Shown: positions 9,634 to 19,880 of the stretch, in pieces
Layout: each line of letters starts with the position of its first letter
Position numbering within the stretch: position 1 is the first letter of the stretch
Assembly: GCA_963731045.1 (NCBI GenBank)
Contig: CAVSVC010000010.1
Span: 3,865 to 67,864, forward strand
Source: an uncultured delta proteobacterium
Lineage (GTDB): Bacteria > Desulfobacterota > BSN033 > UBA1163
Direction of reading: 5' to 3'
DNA length: 64,000 nucleotides
Notes under the pieces: generated by a model
Seen by the model: only the letters and a program-made list of their open reading frames with translations
Database searches by the model: none
What the model was told of the DNA's origin: nothing
Translations under genes and position numbers: made by a program

Positions 9634-10435
9634 ATGATCGGAAAGAGAATTCGACTGGAGCGCATCATCAACAGAGAGACGGGAAAGACGGTGATCGTCC
9701 CCATGGATCACGGTGTGACCCTCGGACCGGTTGCCGGGTTGATCGATCTGCCGGAGACCGTCAACGCCGTGGCAAACGGAGGAGCCAATGCCTTCGTGGT
9801 CCACAAGGGCATGGCCGAGGCCGGTCACAGGGGAAGAGGAAAAGACGTGGGGCTGATCATCCACCTCTCCGCGAGCACGCAGATGTCGCCTGATCCGACC
9901 TCCAAAACCATGGTGTGCACCGTGGAAGAGGCCATCAAGCTGGGGGCCGATGCGGTATCCATCCATGTGAACCTCGGGGCCGAAGATGAGACGATCGATG
10001 CTCCATGACCTGGGTCAAGCAGGCAGGGTTGCGATGGAATGGGGCATGCCGCTTCTCGCCATGATGTACACGAGGGGACCCCATGTCAAGAATGAATACG
10101 ATGTGAAGCTGGTGAAACATGCCGCCCGTGTGGGAGCGGAACTCGGAGCGGATATCGTGAAGGTGGTCTATACGGGATCGGTCGAAAGCTTCCGGGAGGT
10201 GGTGGAAGGATGTTTTGTCCCTGTGGTCATCGCGGGCGGGGAGAAGATGGGAAACGACGAAGATATCGTCGAGATGGTCAAGGGGGCCATGGCGGCAGGC
10301 GCCTCGGGCGTCTCCATCGGCAGAAACGTTTTTCAGCATAAAGACCCGGAGAAGATCGTACAGACCCTCAGCAGGATCGTCCACAGTGGCGGTACGGCTG
10401 AAGAAAGGGTGAGGAAGTTCGGGGTGATCGGATGA
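9634..10435 (+). pseudogene. 2-amino-3,7-dideoxy-D-threo-hept-6-ulosonate (ADH) synthase, AroA'-type class I aldolase; one frameshift near 9985
   Basis: AAGGAGG lies before ATG 9634. DhnA/FbaB-family sequence ([11 protein letters not shown]..., ...VKVVYTGS..., ...SIGRNVFQH) sits directly upstream of DHQ synthase II. Confidence 0.8.
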
Positions 10436-11424
10436 AAAAGATCTGGGTCAAGGCCATCCCCTGGGAAAAGGAACTCGCCATGGTCGCCCTGGAATGCGGG
10501 GCCGATGCCCTCTGGGTTCCCGCCGGAATGGGACAGGAAGTGAAGAAGATGGGCTTCATTCCTACCGTGTCCGAGGATGGCGATCTCGTCTTCGGCCGCG
10601 ATGTGGTGGTCAAAGAGATCCGGGAGAAGAAAGACGAAGAGGAGATTCTTGCGTTGAGTCTTTCGAAGAAGGTCGTCGTCAGAGGGGGGGATTGGATGAT
10701 CATCCCCCTCGAAAACCTGCTGAGCAGGACGAAGAATCTCTTCGTCGAAATCCATGACCTGAAGGAAGGCCGGACAGCGCTGAACATTCTTGAAAAGGGG
10801 GTTGACGGCGTTGTGATCGACAACCCTGATCCCGATGCCGTTCGCGGAATGCTCCATGCCCTCAGGGCCGGCAACCAGAGGATCGGCCTCCTCACGGCCA
10901 GGATCAAACGAATCGAGCCCCTCGGGATGGGAGACCGGGTCTGCGTGGATACGTGCTCTGCCATGGCATTGGGCGAAGGGATGCTGGTCGGCAACAGCAG
11001 CCAGTCCCTCTTTCTCGTTCACTCGGAGAGTGTCGAAAACCCCTTTGTCAACACCAGGCCTTTCCGGGTCAATGCCGGACCGGTACACGCCTATCTGCGC
11101 ATGGAGAACGGAGAGACCCGGTATCTCTCGGAGGTGAAGTCCGGCGATCAGGTCCTGGTCGTGAATTTTGAAGGGACGAGCTATCCGGCCGTCGTGGGAA
11201 GGGCCAAGGTGGAGCGGAGGCCGCTGGTCCTGGTGGAAGCTGAAGAAAAAGGCGGCACCTTCTCGGTCATCCTCCAGAACGCCGAAACGATCAGGCTCAC
11301 CGCCCCTTCCGGCAAGGCGGTTTCGCTGGTCGATCTCAAAGAGGGAAGCGAGGTCCTGGTCTGCCGGGAAGAGGCAGGAAGGCATTTCGGGGTCAAGATC
11401 GATGAGACGATTATCGAAAAGTGA
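10432..11424 (+). CDS. 3-dehydroquinate synthase II (archaeal type, AroB')
   Basis: 330-aa intact ORF MKKIWVKAIPWEKELAMVALECGADALWVP...VDTCSAMALGEGMLVGNSS...FRVNAGPVHAY, characteristic of DHQS-II. Its start overlaps the previous stop. Confidence 0.85.
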   Translation: MKKIWVKAIPWEKELAMVALECGADALWVPAGMGQEVKKMGFIPTVSEDGDLVFGRDVVVKEIREKKDEEEILALSLSKKVVVRGGDWMIIPLENLLSRTKNLFVEIHDLKEGRTALNILEKGVDGVVIDNPDPDAVRGMLHALRAGNQRIGLLTARIKRIEPLGMGDRVCVDTCSAMALGEGMLVGNSSQSLFLVHSESVENPFVNTRPFRVNAGPVHAYLRMENGETRYLSEVKSGDQVLVVNFEGTSYPAVVGRAKVERRPLVLVEAEEKGGTFSVILQNAETIRLTAPSGKAVSLVDLKEGSEVLVCREEAGRHFGVKIDETIIEK

Positions 11425-12096
11425 ACGCCCGGAGAAGATCTGTGTCCCCATGGTCGAGACAACCACGGCCATGGCGCTCAGGGCGGTCAGGAGAAGCCGG
11501 CCGGGTGGCTGACCTGGTCGAGCTGCGCCTCGATTATCTGAAGCAGCCCGAATGGGAACCTCTCCTCGTCAACAGACCGAAGCCTGTCATTGTCACCTAC
11601 CGGCGGAGCGACGAGGGAGGCAGATCCGGAGAAGAGGACGAAAGGAGGATCCGGATTCTGAAGGAGGCGGTCGATCTGGGGGCTGATTATGTGGACGTGG
11701 AAATGAGGAGCAGGAGGTCGCTGATTCAGGACCTGATCGAAAACAGGAAGGCAACGGAGGTCATTCTCTCCTTCCACGATTTTCGCGGAACAGCCTCTCA
11801 TCAGGAACTGAGAAGGCTCTTTGAGCGGATGATCCGTCTGGGAGCGGATGTCGTGAAGATCGTCACCTTTGCCCGGTCCTGGGAAGACAATGCGAAGACC
11901 CTGTTGCTTATTCCTTACGCCCTTAAGAGAAAGAAGAGAATCGTCACGTTCTGCATGGGGGAGAAGGGGAAGATGAGCCGCGTCTTCTCTCCCTTGATGG
12001 GCGCAGCCTGGACCTATGCCTCCCTTGCCGCAAACAGGGCCTCTGCGCCAGGCCAGCTGACCGCCGGGCAGATGAAGGACGATCTGGGAGAGGTTG
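11421..12096 (+). pseudogene. aroD: Type I 3-dehydroquinate dehydratase, at least 2 frameshifts
   Basis: GTGA start/stop overlap with the upstream gene. KICVPMVETTTAMAL (another frame) then ADLVELRLDYL...SFHDF...VKIVTFA...TFCMGEKG. Confidence 0.75.
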
Positions 12097-12097
12097 A

Positions 12098-12963
12098 GAT
12101 GATCGATCTCGAGAACAGAGCTTTATGGGATCATCGGAAACCCGGTGCGGCACAGTCTGAGCCCGGTCATCCATAACAGTGCCTTCAAAAGGATGGGATG
12201 GAATGCGGTCTACCTGGCCTTTGAAGTGAGCAGATCTCAGGGAAGCCATGGCAGGAATCCGGGGACTGGGAATTCGGGGGGTCAGCATCACCCTTCCCTT
12301 CAAGACCGAAGTCATTCCCTTCCTCGATCGGAGGTCGAGGGGATCGCGGGAAAGATCAAGGCCGTCAACACGATCGTCAACGAGGAGGGAAGGCTCATCG
12401 GCTACAACACCGATTGGCAGCGGGGCCGTCGAAGGCCTTGGAAGGAAAAGGTTGACTTGAAAGGAAAGAAGGTCTTGCTCCTCGGAGCAGGCGGAACAGC
12501 CCGGGCCATCGGCTTCGGACTGAGAGAAAAAGGCTGCGAGCTCACCATTGTCAATCGGTCACCGGAGAAAGGGAACGCACTGGCAAAGGAACTGGGATGC
12601 GTTTTCAAGCCCTTATCCTCCCTGGATGGAACCGGAGGCGGACGTGCTGATCAATGCGACGTCCGTGGGCATGCATCCCAACATCGGAGAAAGCCCCGTT
12701 CCGAAGAAGTGCCTGGAGAAGAGGGATGACGGTGATGGATATCGTCTATTGGCCTCTTCAGAACCAGGCTCCTCGGCGAGGCCGAGGAGCAGGGATGTCA
12801 GACGATCGACGGACTGGAGATGCTTGCCCGCCAGGGAGCAGGCCAGGTTGAGATCTGGACGGGGACGAAGCCGGATATCGGTCAGATCAAAGAAGACCTT
12901 CTGAAGGGCATTGAAGCGGGGAGCAAAACGGCATCGAGAGCTCAAATTGAAAAGAATGATTGA
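12098..12963 (+). pseudogene. aroE: Shikimate dehydrogenase, at least 3 frameshifts
   Basis: The fragments ELYGIIGNPVRHSLSPVIHNSAF, GIRGVSITLPFKTEVIPFLD, AVNTIVNEEGRLIGYNTDW, VLLLGAGGTARAI and ADVLINATSVGM are spread over three frames. Confidence 0.75.
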
Positions 12964-14222
12964 GATCAGGCCGCTTCATCATTGCGACTCCGTGGTGACC
13001 ATCCACGGGTCAAAGAGCTACACCCACAGAGCCCTCATCGTCTCTGCCCTCGCCGATGGGGAATCGGTCCTGGTCAACGCCCTGCGAAGCGAGGATACGG
13101 AGCATACCCTCCGGGGACTGCGGCAGATTGGGATCCCGATCTTCTGAGGAACAGGAAGGACTCCATGTAGCGGGTCAGGGGGGAAAACTGGAGGGGAGGA
13201 CAGGAAGTTTTTTTTCTGGGAAATTCCGGAACCTCCATGCGGTTTCTGACCGCTCTGGCGGCGCTCAAAAAGGGACGCACCCTTCTGGACGGAAATGAAC
13301 GGATGAGAAAACGGCCCATGGCAGATCTTCTGGAAGGGCCTGAGGGCATTGGGTGTCAAGGCCGGATCCGTCCATGGAGAACGGGTGCCCGCCCGTGACG
13401 ATGGAGTCCCAGGGCCTTAAGGGAGGGACGGCGAGGATCAGAGGAGACGAGAGCAGCCAGTTTCTGTCCGCCCTTCTCGATGGTCGCTCCCTATGCCCGG
13501 GAAGACGTCAGCGTGGAGGTCACCGGCAATCTGTCTTCCCGGCCTTATGTGGACATCACCCTGGATGTGATGTCCGCCTTTGGGGTCGAAGTTCAGAATG
13601 AAGGAGATCAGTCTTTCTTTGTCCGGAGCAGGACAGAACTATCTCCCCCGGGACATACCGTGTTGAAGGAGATGCCTCGAATGCCTCCTATTTCTTTGCG
13701 GCGGCGGCCATCACACGGGGAAGGGTGAGGGTGGAAAACTTCCGGCCGGACTCCGTCCAGGGAGATACAGGATTCCTTGACGTTCTGGAGACGAATGGGC
13801 TGTGAGGTCAGCCCGGGGAGATGACTGGGCCGAACTCCTCGGGAAAGCGCTCCACGGAATCGAGATGGATATGAATGCCATGCCCGATCTCGTCCCGACC
13901 CTCGCAGTTACTGCGGCCTTTGCAGAGGGAAAGACCGTGATTCAAAACATCGGCCATCTTCGTTTCAAGGAGTCGGACCGGCTCAGGGCTCTCGCAGGAG
14001 AACTGAAGAAGATGGGCGTTCGTGTCGAAGAGGGAAAAGACTGGCTGGCCATTGAAGGGGGAAAAGCCCACGGGGCGAGAGATCGAAACCCATGACGACC
14101 ACCGCCTCGCCATGAGCTTTGCCATTGCAGGACTGGCCGTTCCCGGGATAAAGATCAAGGGAGAGCGGTGCGTGGATAAATCCTTTCCGGATTTCTGGGA
14201 GACCCTTCAAAGGCTGTATTAG
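12956..14222 (+). pseudogene. aroA: EPSP synthase (3-phosphoshikimate 1-carboxyvinyltransferase), at least 5 frameshifts
   Basis: The fragments IHGSKSYTHRALIVSALADGES, GDESSQFLSALL, SSRPYVDITLDVM, MPDLVPTLAVTAAFAEG...RFKESDRL and DDHRLAMSFAIAGL appear in order but in changing frames. Confidence 0.8.
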
Positions 14223-14362
14223 GGGTGATCGGTGAGAGTGAGAGTGAGGGTTACGGGTTGCAAGTGCGGGTTGCGGATTGCGAACTTCGGAGGTATCGAA
14301 CCTGCATCTCGTGAACACGAAAACTGACTTCGCTCCGGTAGATCTTAAGTTTTGGTGCTTTG

Positions 14363-14898
14363 ATGAACATCGTCTTCATCGGATACCGGGGCTCCGGAAA
14401 AAGTGAGGTGGGAAGAAGACTTGGCCTCTCGCCTGCAGATGAACTTCGTCGACACGGACGACCTCATCCAGAACCGTCATGGAATGACGATCAGCGAGGA
14501 TCGTGGAAACCCATGGATGGAGTCATTTCCGGACCCTGGAGAAGGAGATGATCTAGAAATTTCCGAACCGGGATCAGCAGGTCATCGCAGCGGGCGGCGG
14601 GATCGTTCTCGATCCTGGGAACGTGGCGGCCCTGAAGAAAGGGGATTGATCATCTGGCTGAAGGCGGACAGGGATACGTCTTCTCAAGAGAATGGCACAA
14701 GGATCCCCGAACCGTTCCCAGCGACCCCCCTGAACGGGAAAGGGAGCCTGGAAGAACTGGAGGAGGTGTTGACGTTCCGGAATCCTTTTTATGAAGAGGC
14801 AGCCGAGGCCAGCCTCGACACCTCGCTCCTGGATGTGGAAGCAGTTGTCGAGACGAGTCCTTTTTCCATCATCCGGGAAAGGAGTGGGAAGACCTTAA
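14363..14898 (+). pseudogene. aroK: Shikimate kinase, at least 2 frameshifts
   Basis: MNIVFIGYRGSGKSEVGRRL (P-loop) then ASRLQMNFVDTDDLIQNRHGMTISE in another frame. It ends at TAA 14896, next to the aroC ATG. Confidence 0.7.
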
Positions 14899-14899
14899 A

Positions 14900-15969
14900 A
14901 TGGGAGGAAATTCATTCGGAATCCTCTTCAGGATCACCACCTGGGGGGAATCGCACGGAAAGGCCCTGGGCGTCGTCATTGACGGCTGTCCTCCAGGGAT
15001 GGACCTTTCCGATGAAGATATTCAGAGAGAGCTCGACCGAAGAAGGCCCGGCCAGGGAAAGGGAACGAGTCCGAGAGCGGAGAAGGACCGGCCGGAGATC
15101 CTTTCAGGGATCTTCGAGGGAAAAACAACCGGAACGCCCATTTCTCTCCTGGTCAGGAATGAGGATGCCGATTCGAGTTCTTACGACGAAATCAGGGAAA
15201 TCTTCCGGCCCGGCCATGCCGATTACACCTATCAGGCAAAGTATGGCGTGAGGGACCACCGGGGAGGAGGCAGGGCATCCGCGCGGGAGACGGTTGCAAG
15301 GGTGGCTGCAGGAGCAGTGGCCGAAAGATCCTCGGAAAAGAGGGAATCACCGTCCTCGCCTATACGATGGAACTCGGAGGGATCTCGGCCGGCAGAATCG
15401 ATGAAGAAGAGATCGAAAGAAACTTTCTTCGATGCCCCGACAGGAACGCGGCCGCTGCAATGGAAAGGAAGATCGAAGAGATGAAGCGCCGGGGTGACAC
15501 CCTGGGAGGGATCGTGGAGATCCTTGTCCGGGGCTGTCCTCCGGGACTGGGAGAGCCTGTCTTCGACAAGCTGGAAGCGGATCTGGCCAAGGCCCTGATG
15601 AGCATCGGCGCCGTCCGGGGAGTGGAGGTGGGGGCAGGCTTCGGGGCCGCCCGCATGCTGGGGTCCCAGTGCAATGATCCCATCGGACCGGGCGGATTTG
15701 AGAAGAACGATGCCGGCGGAATTCTGGGCGGCATATCCAATGGAGAAGAGATTCGGCTCCGTGTGGCGGTGAAACCGATTCCGTCCATCGCCCTGGAGCA
15801 GAACACGGTCGATCACTCAGGGAAGCCCGTCTCCTTTCGGATCGAAGGCCGGCACGATGTCTCCGCCATCCCCCGGATCAACCCGGTCTGTGAGGCGATG
15901 GTCGCGATCGTTCTGGTTGACCATCTTCTCAGACAGAAAGGAAACGAGAAACAAGGGAAGTTGGAATGA
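14900..15969 (+). pseudogene. aroC: Chorismate synthase, one frameshift near 15330
   Basis: [35 protein letters not shown] then ...GDTLGGIVE...KPIPSI...GRHD. Confidence 0.85.
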
Positions 15970-16083
15970 TGGAATGTTGGAATAATGGAATAATGGGTGG
16001 AGATCCTGCCCCGCAACATTGATTTCTTCCATTTGTTTTTTGGGTTTTCCCAGTATTCCATCATTCCACTATTCCATTATTCC
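15963..16083. repeat. Long imperfect hairpin built from octamer arrays (GGAATNNT x4 and inverted ATTCC array)
   Basis: ggaatgatggaatgttggaataatggaataatggg (15963..15997) faces cccagtattccatcattccactattccattattcc (16049..16083). About 30 of 35 positions are complementary, with a ~51-nt loop. Confidence 0.7.
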
Positions 16084-16141
16084 AGTGGTGAACGGGGACA
16101 ATTGGATGTCTTGCACACAGCTCAGGGAAAAAAGGGGCACG

Positions 16142-17229
16142 ATGAAAGAAGGACGGCAACGGAAGAGATTCAGTCTCTTCGGCAGAGGATCGAGGCGGTA
16201 GATGATGAGATGCTTCAGCTCTTGAACCATCGGGCGGGGATCGTTCAGGAAGTGGGCAGAGTCAAATCGGAGTTGGAGATGGCCTATTACAGTCCGGGCA
16301 GGGAGGAAGAGATCTTTCAGCGCCTGGAAGACGGAGAATCCCGGCCCTTTTCCCCGGTGGGCGGTCCGATCCGTCTTCCGGGAGATCATCTCAGCCTGCC
16401 GTTCCTTAGAGGCGGAATTGACCGTGGCCTTCTTCGGTCCTCAGGCGACCTTCACACACGGGGCCTGTATTCAACAATTTCGGGAGTTCCGTCCGGATGG
16501 ACCCGGAAAACACGATCCAGGCCGTATTTGAATCCGTGGAGCGCGGGAAGGCGGACTACGGTGTGGTGCCCATAGAGAATTCAACGGAAGGTCCGGTGAG
16601 TCAGACCTTGGATATGTTCGTTAATTCGCAGGTCAAGATCTGCGGAGAGATCTTCACCAAAATCTCCCATGACCTGATCTCCAGAAGCGGGAACCCTGCC
16701 GAGATCCGGAAGATCTGTTCTCATCCTCAGGCCCTGGGCCAGTGCCGGGAGTGGCTGAGAAAGAACTTGCCCCATGTTCAGCTTGAAGAAGCGGGCAGCA
16801 CGGCCGGGGCGGCCCAACAGGCTGCGGAGAATCCGGAAACGGCCGCCATTGCCGGTTCGCTCGCCGCTCGGGTGTACGGACTGACGACGGTCGCCTCCCA
16901 GATCGAAGACAACCCGAACAACTATACGCGTTTCTTCGTCCTCGGCCGGCAGAGCGCCGAAAAGACGGGACGGGACAAGACCTCGATCCTCCTCTCGATC
17001 TCTCATGCCCCGGGAACGCTCTCCAGGGTCCTTCAGGTCTTCAACCAGAAGGGATCAACCTGACCAGGATCGAATCCCGGCCCACGAAGGGAAAGCCCTG
17101 GGAATACCTGTTCTTTATCGATCTGGAGGGCCATGCGGCCGATCCGCCGGTCGCGGAATCCCTCGATCGGCTGAAGGGGAGGTGCTTTTTCTCAAGCTCC
17201 TGGGCTCCTATCCTCAGAGTTCACCCTGA
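16142..17229 (+). pseudogene. pheA: Bifunctional chorismate mutase / prephenate dehydratase (P-protein), at least 3 frameshifts
   Basis: CM helix EEIQSLRQRIEAVDDEMLQLLNHRA, PDT domain GVVPIENSTEGPV...HPQALGQC and ACT domain TRIESRPTKGKPWEYLFFIDLEGH. The start codon assignment is uncertain. Confidence 0.8.
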
Positions 17230-17249
17230 CGGCGCAGAAAAGTGGATGG

Positions 17250-17420
17250 CATGAACCCGGACAGGCCGGTCGGAAAGGCTTCGAGGCGAACCTTTAATCG
17301 TCCCGGCACCGTCGAACCGTTTTGCAGCCAGAAGTCACTTAAAGCGATATCCTCCCGTGTCCCCTAACCTCTCAAAAACCGCTATTCGAAGCCTTGGAGA
17401 GCGGTGCGTCCGGGCTCATT
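17250..17420. mobile_element. MITE-like element, family 2, copy 1 (~171 bp, 12-13-bp terminal inverted repeats)
   Basis: catgaacccggacaggccggtcggaaaggcttcgaggcgaacc...cgctattcgaagccttggagagcggtgcgtccgggctcat aligns along its whole length with 62400..62572. The ends CATGAACCCGGAC and GTCCGGGCTCAT are inverted. Confidence 0.65.
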
Positions 17421-17484
17421 GACCACCTTTCCTTGAATCCTGAAAAAGGATCGCCATATTTAGGTAAGGAAGGAGGTTGAAAAG

Positions 17485-17712
17485 ATGGATAGAATCATTC
17501 ATTGTAAAGACTTGGGATCTGATTGCACCTTCACGGCATGCGAGAAAACAGAAGTGGAGCTTTTCAGGGACATCCTGGAGCACGGCCGGGCCATTCACGG
17601 TGTGAAAGAGTTCTCAAAAGAATTTTATGATAAGGTGAGGGCATCCATCCGGGAAGGATATTGCGATCTGGAAGAGCAGATGTGCGGCTATTCATTCTGC
17701 CCCAGTTCGTAA
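17485..17712 (+). CDS. DUF1059 small protein
   Basis: Strong RBS AAGGAAGGAGG. MDRIIHCKDLGSDCTFTACEKTEVELFRDILEHGRAIHGV matches the DUF1059 pattern. Confidence 0.7.
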   Translation: MDRIIHCKDLGSDCTFTACEKTEVELFRDILEHGRAIHGVKEFSKEFYDKVRASIREGYCDLEEQMCGYSFCPSS

Positions 17713-17887
17713 GAGCAAAGAGACTTCAGAGAATCCGACTCTGAATCGACAGGGGAATTCGGAAAGAAACGCCGGTCTCCGATCCTGTTCATCCGCTCAT
17801 TGGATGGCAGCCGTGCCTACTCTTACCATTTTAATCATCTTCCGCTTCATTCCAGCGGGCGTGGACCTCTCATGAAACGATAACCTC

Positions 17888-19039
17888 TTGATGAACAGAT
17901 CTCGATCCTCGCAGACAAAAGCCGTCCTCTCTCTGGTTATTCTCGTTTTGATCTGGGGCTACAACTGGGTGGCCATGAAGGTGGCTGTCCGGTATTCCCC
18001 CTCCTTCGATTTCGCGGCATTGCGCGTCCTGCTGGGAGTGCTGGGCCTCCTCCCGGTGGTCATCTTCTTTCGTAGACTTCATCTGCCCCGGGAGAAGATC
18101 TTTGGAACATTTCTAACAGGGCTGCTCCAGACGGGCGGATTTTATGCTTTCTCGACATGGGCCCTTGTGAGCGGCGGGATCGGCAAGACCGCTGTGTTGA
18201 TTTATGCAATGCCGTTCTGGGTGCTTCTGCTCGCCTGGGTCTGGCTCGGCGAACGGGTTCGAAAGACACAATGGATCGGGATTGCCGTCGCCCTGACGGG
18301 CCTGCTCTTCATCCTCATGCCGTTCCGTTTTACGGAAGGACTGTTCAGCGAGAGCCTGGCCCTTCTGTCGGGTCTCAGCTGGGCAGCCGGAATCGTTGTG
18401 GCTAAGAGGTTCCAGCAGAAGGCGAAAATGGACCTGCTCTCCTTCACGATGTGGCAGATGATCTTTGGCAGCATTCCCCTGGTCCTGACCGCACTTTTCA
18501 TTTCGTCACCACCGATTCGCTGGTCTGTCCCGTTCATTGCCTCTTTGGCCTATAGCGGTATGCTTGCGGGCGCTGTCGCCTGGTTCCTCTGGTTTTATGC
18601 ATTGAGCCGTTTACCCGCGGGCGTGGCGAGCCTGGGCACCCTTGCCACACCGGTAGTCGGTGTCCTGGCGGCATCGATCCAGTTCGGAGAAATCCCGACA
18701 TTTCTGGAGGTCCTTGGCATTGCGTTGATCGTCTGCGCCCTCGTTCTCAATGCCGTCCAGGCGCTGAAGACCCGGGAATCCTTAGCAGACCGCTCAAAAA
18801 TCCCTCTGCGCGATTTTTTTGCGTCATTCGACGAAAGCCGGAATCTCACTCTTTTCGAGGCATTTCGAATGAGACCTCGGTTTTCACCGGGTGACGTGCC
18901 ATCCAATTCTTTCACGTCTTCAGTGGGGGATGAGGAGAATAGTAAGAGAGTGGCGGACTTCGCTCTCTTCCATGTAGAATTGAAATATTATTTAACAGGA
19001 GGTGTCTTCCATGGTAGCCCAAATCGAACTGACGGATAG
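17888..19039 (+). CDS. EamA/DMT-family transporter; the ~80-aa C-terminal tail is probably spurious
   Basis: Ten predicted TM segments with two EamA-like halves (LIWGYNWVAMKV...). The tail after ...ALKTRESLA overlaps the next gene's RBS and start. Confidence 0.75.
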   Translation: MMNRSRSSQTKAVLSLVILVLIWGYNWVAMKVAVRYSPSFDFAALRVLLGVLGLLPVVIFFRRLHLPREKIFGTFLTGLLQTGGFYAFSTWALVSGGIGKTAVLIYAMPFWVLLLAWVWLGERVRKTQWIGIAVALTGLLFILMPFRFTEGLFSESLALLSGLSWAAGIVVAKRFQQKAKMDLLSFTMWQMIFGSIPLVLTALFISSPPIRWSVPFIASLAYSGMLAGAVAWFLWFYALSRLPAGVASLGTLATPVVGVLAASIQFGEIPTFLEVLGIALIVCALVLNAVQALKTRESLADRSKIPLRDFFASFDESRNLTLFEAFRMRPRFSPGDVPSNSFTSSVGDEENSKRVADFALFHVELKYYLTGGVFHGSPNRTDG

Positions 19040-19880
19040 CTTGAGACAGTATGCACTCGATCAGCTGGATATCGATCTGCTGGGTGTCGCTCCGGTCGAC
19101 CGTCTCGCAGAAGGCCCCGAAGGGGCGCGTCCCACGGATTACCTGCCAGGGGCTACGTCCGTCGTGGTCTGCGCGGCGAAGATCCCCGATGCAGCGATCG
19201 AGGCGGCAGGGCACTACGAGGAGCCGGGAAGACACTCGGTCCCTATATGTGGTATGGCTATGTGGTTTTGAACTGGGATCTCTCTTCGGCCGTCAGGCGT
19301 CTCGTCCGATTCCTTGAGACCAGGGGTTTCAAGGCCCTTCCCTTTCCACCCACCGGGTTGTCCTACAAGCACGGGAACTCGGGGGGACCTCTCTCACCGG
19401 CATAGTGCCGTGGCGGCCGGTCTCGGTGAATTCGGCTTCAGCGGCCTTCTGCTCACCCCCCAGTTCGGCCCGAGACAGAGGCTCGTCTCCATTGTCACCG
19501 ATGCGCCTCTTCAGCCATCACCCATGTACCACGGCCCGAAACTCTGCCGGCCCGAGGTGTGCGGCTATGCGTGTCTCAAGGCGTGCCCAACTGCGGCCAT
19601 GAAAGGAAAGGTATCCTTGGAGATCGAAGGAAGGACATTTGAGTACGCCAAGCTGCATCCCGTGAAGTGCAAGTGGCCCTTTCCCGAGAAAGGCTATCGG
19701 AGGACCAGGGTTCCGATGCCCGCAGACCCGACCGAGGAGGACCTCCGTCAGGTGATGGCATCCACGAAGCCTCATCCCTTCGACGCCGCCCTGAGCCAGT
19801 TCACCTTTGTTCCGCAATGCGGGGCCTGCATCTTCAGCTGCCCGTCCCCGCGTTTTAAAGAAACCTCTTGTGCCGGCTGA
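19011..19880 (+). pseudogene. Fe-S protein of the epoxyqueuosine-reductase / reductive-dehalogenase-like family, frameshifted
   Basis: AGGAGG lies before ATG 19011. QueG-like N-terminus (DLLGVAPVDRL...), then ...SHRHSAVAAGLGEFG..., CxxxCxxxCxxxCP and CGACIFSCP clusters in a second frame. Confidence 0.5.

Noticed and set aside
10333-11472. 379-aa minus-strand ORF covering the whole DHQ synthase II gene. Similar long antisense ORFs occur at 28100..29173 (opposite trpB), 39099..39926, 41935..42834, 21283..22086, 25407..26030, 5898..6632, 52366..53232 and 3510..4133.
   Set aside because: Each lies exactly antisense to a gene with strong family motifs. Their translations are Arg/Gly/Pro/Asp-rich, low-complexity sequence with no recognisable domain. 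They are typical shadow ORFs of GC-rich DNA.
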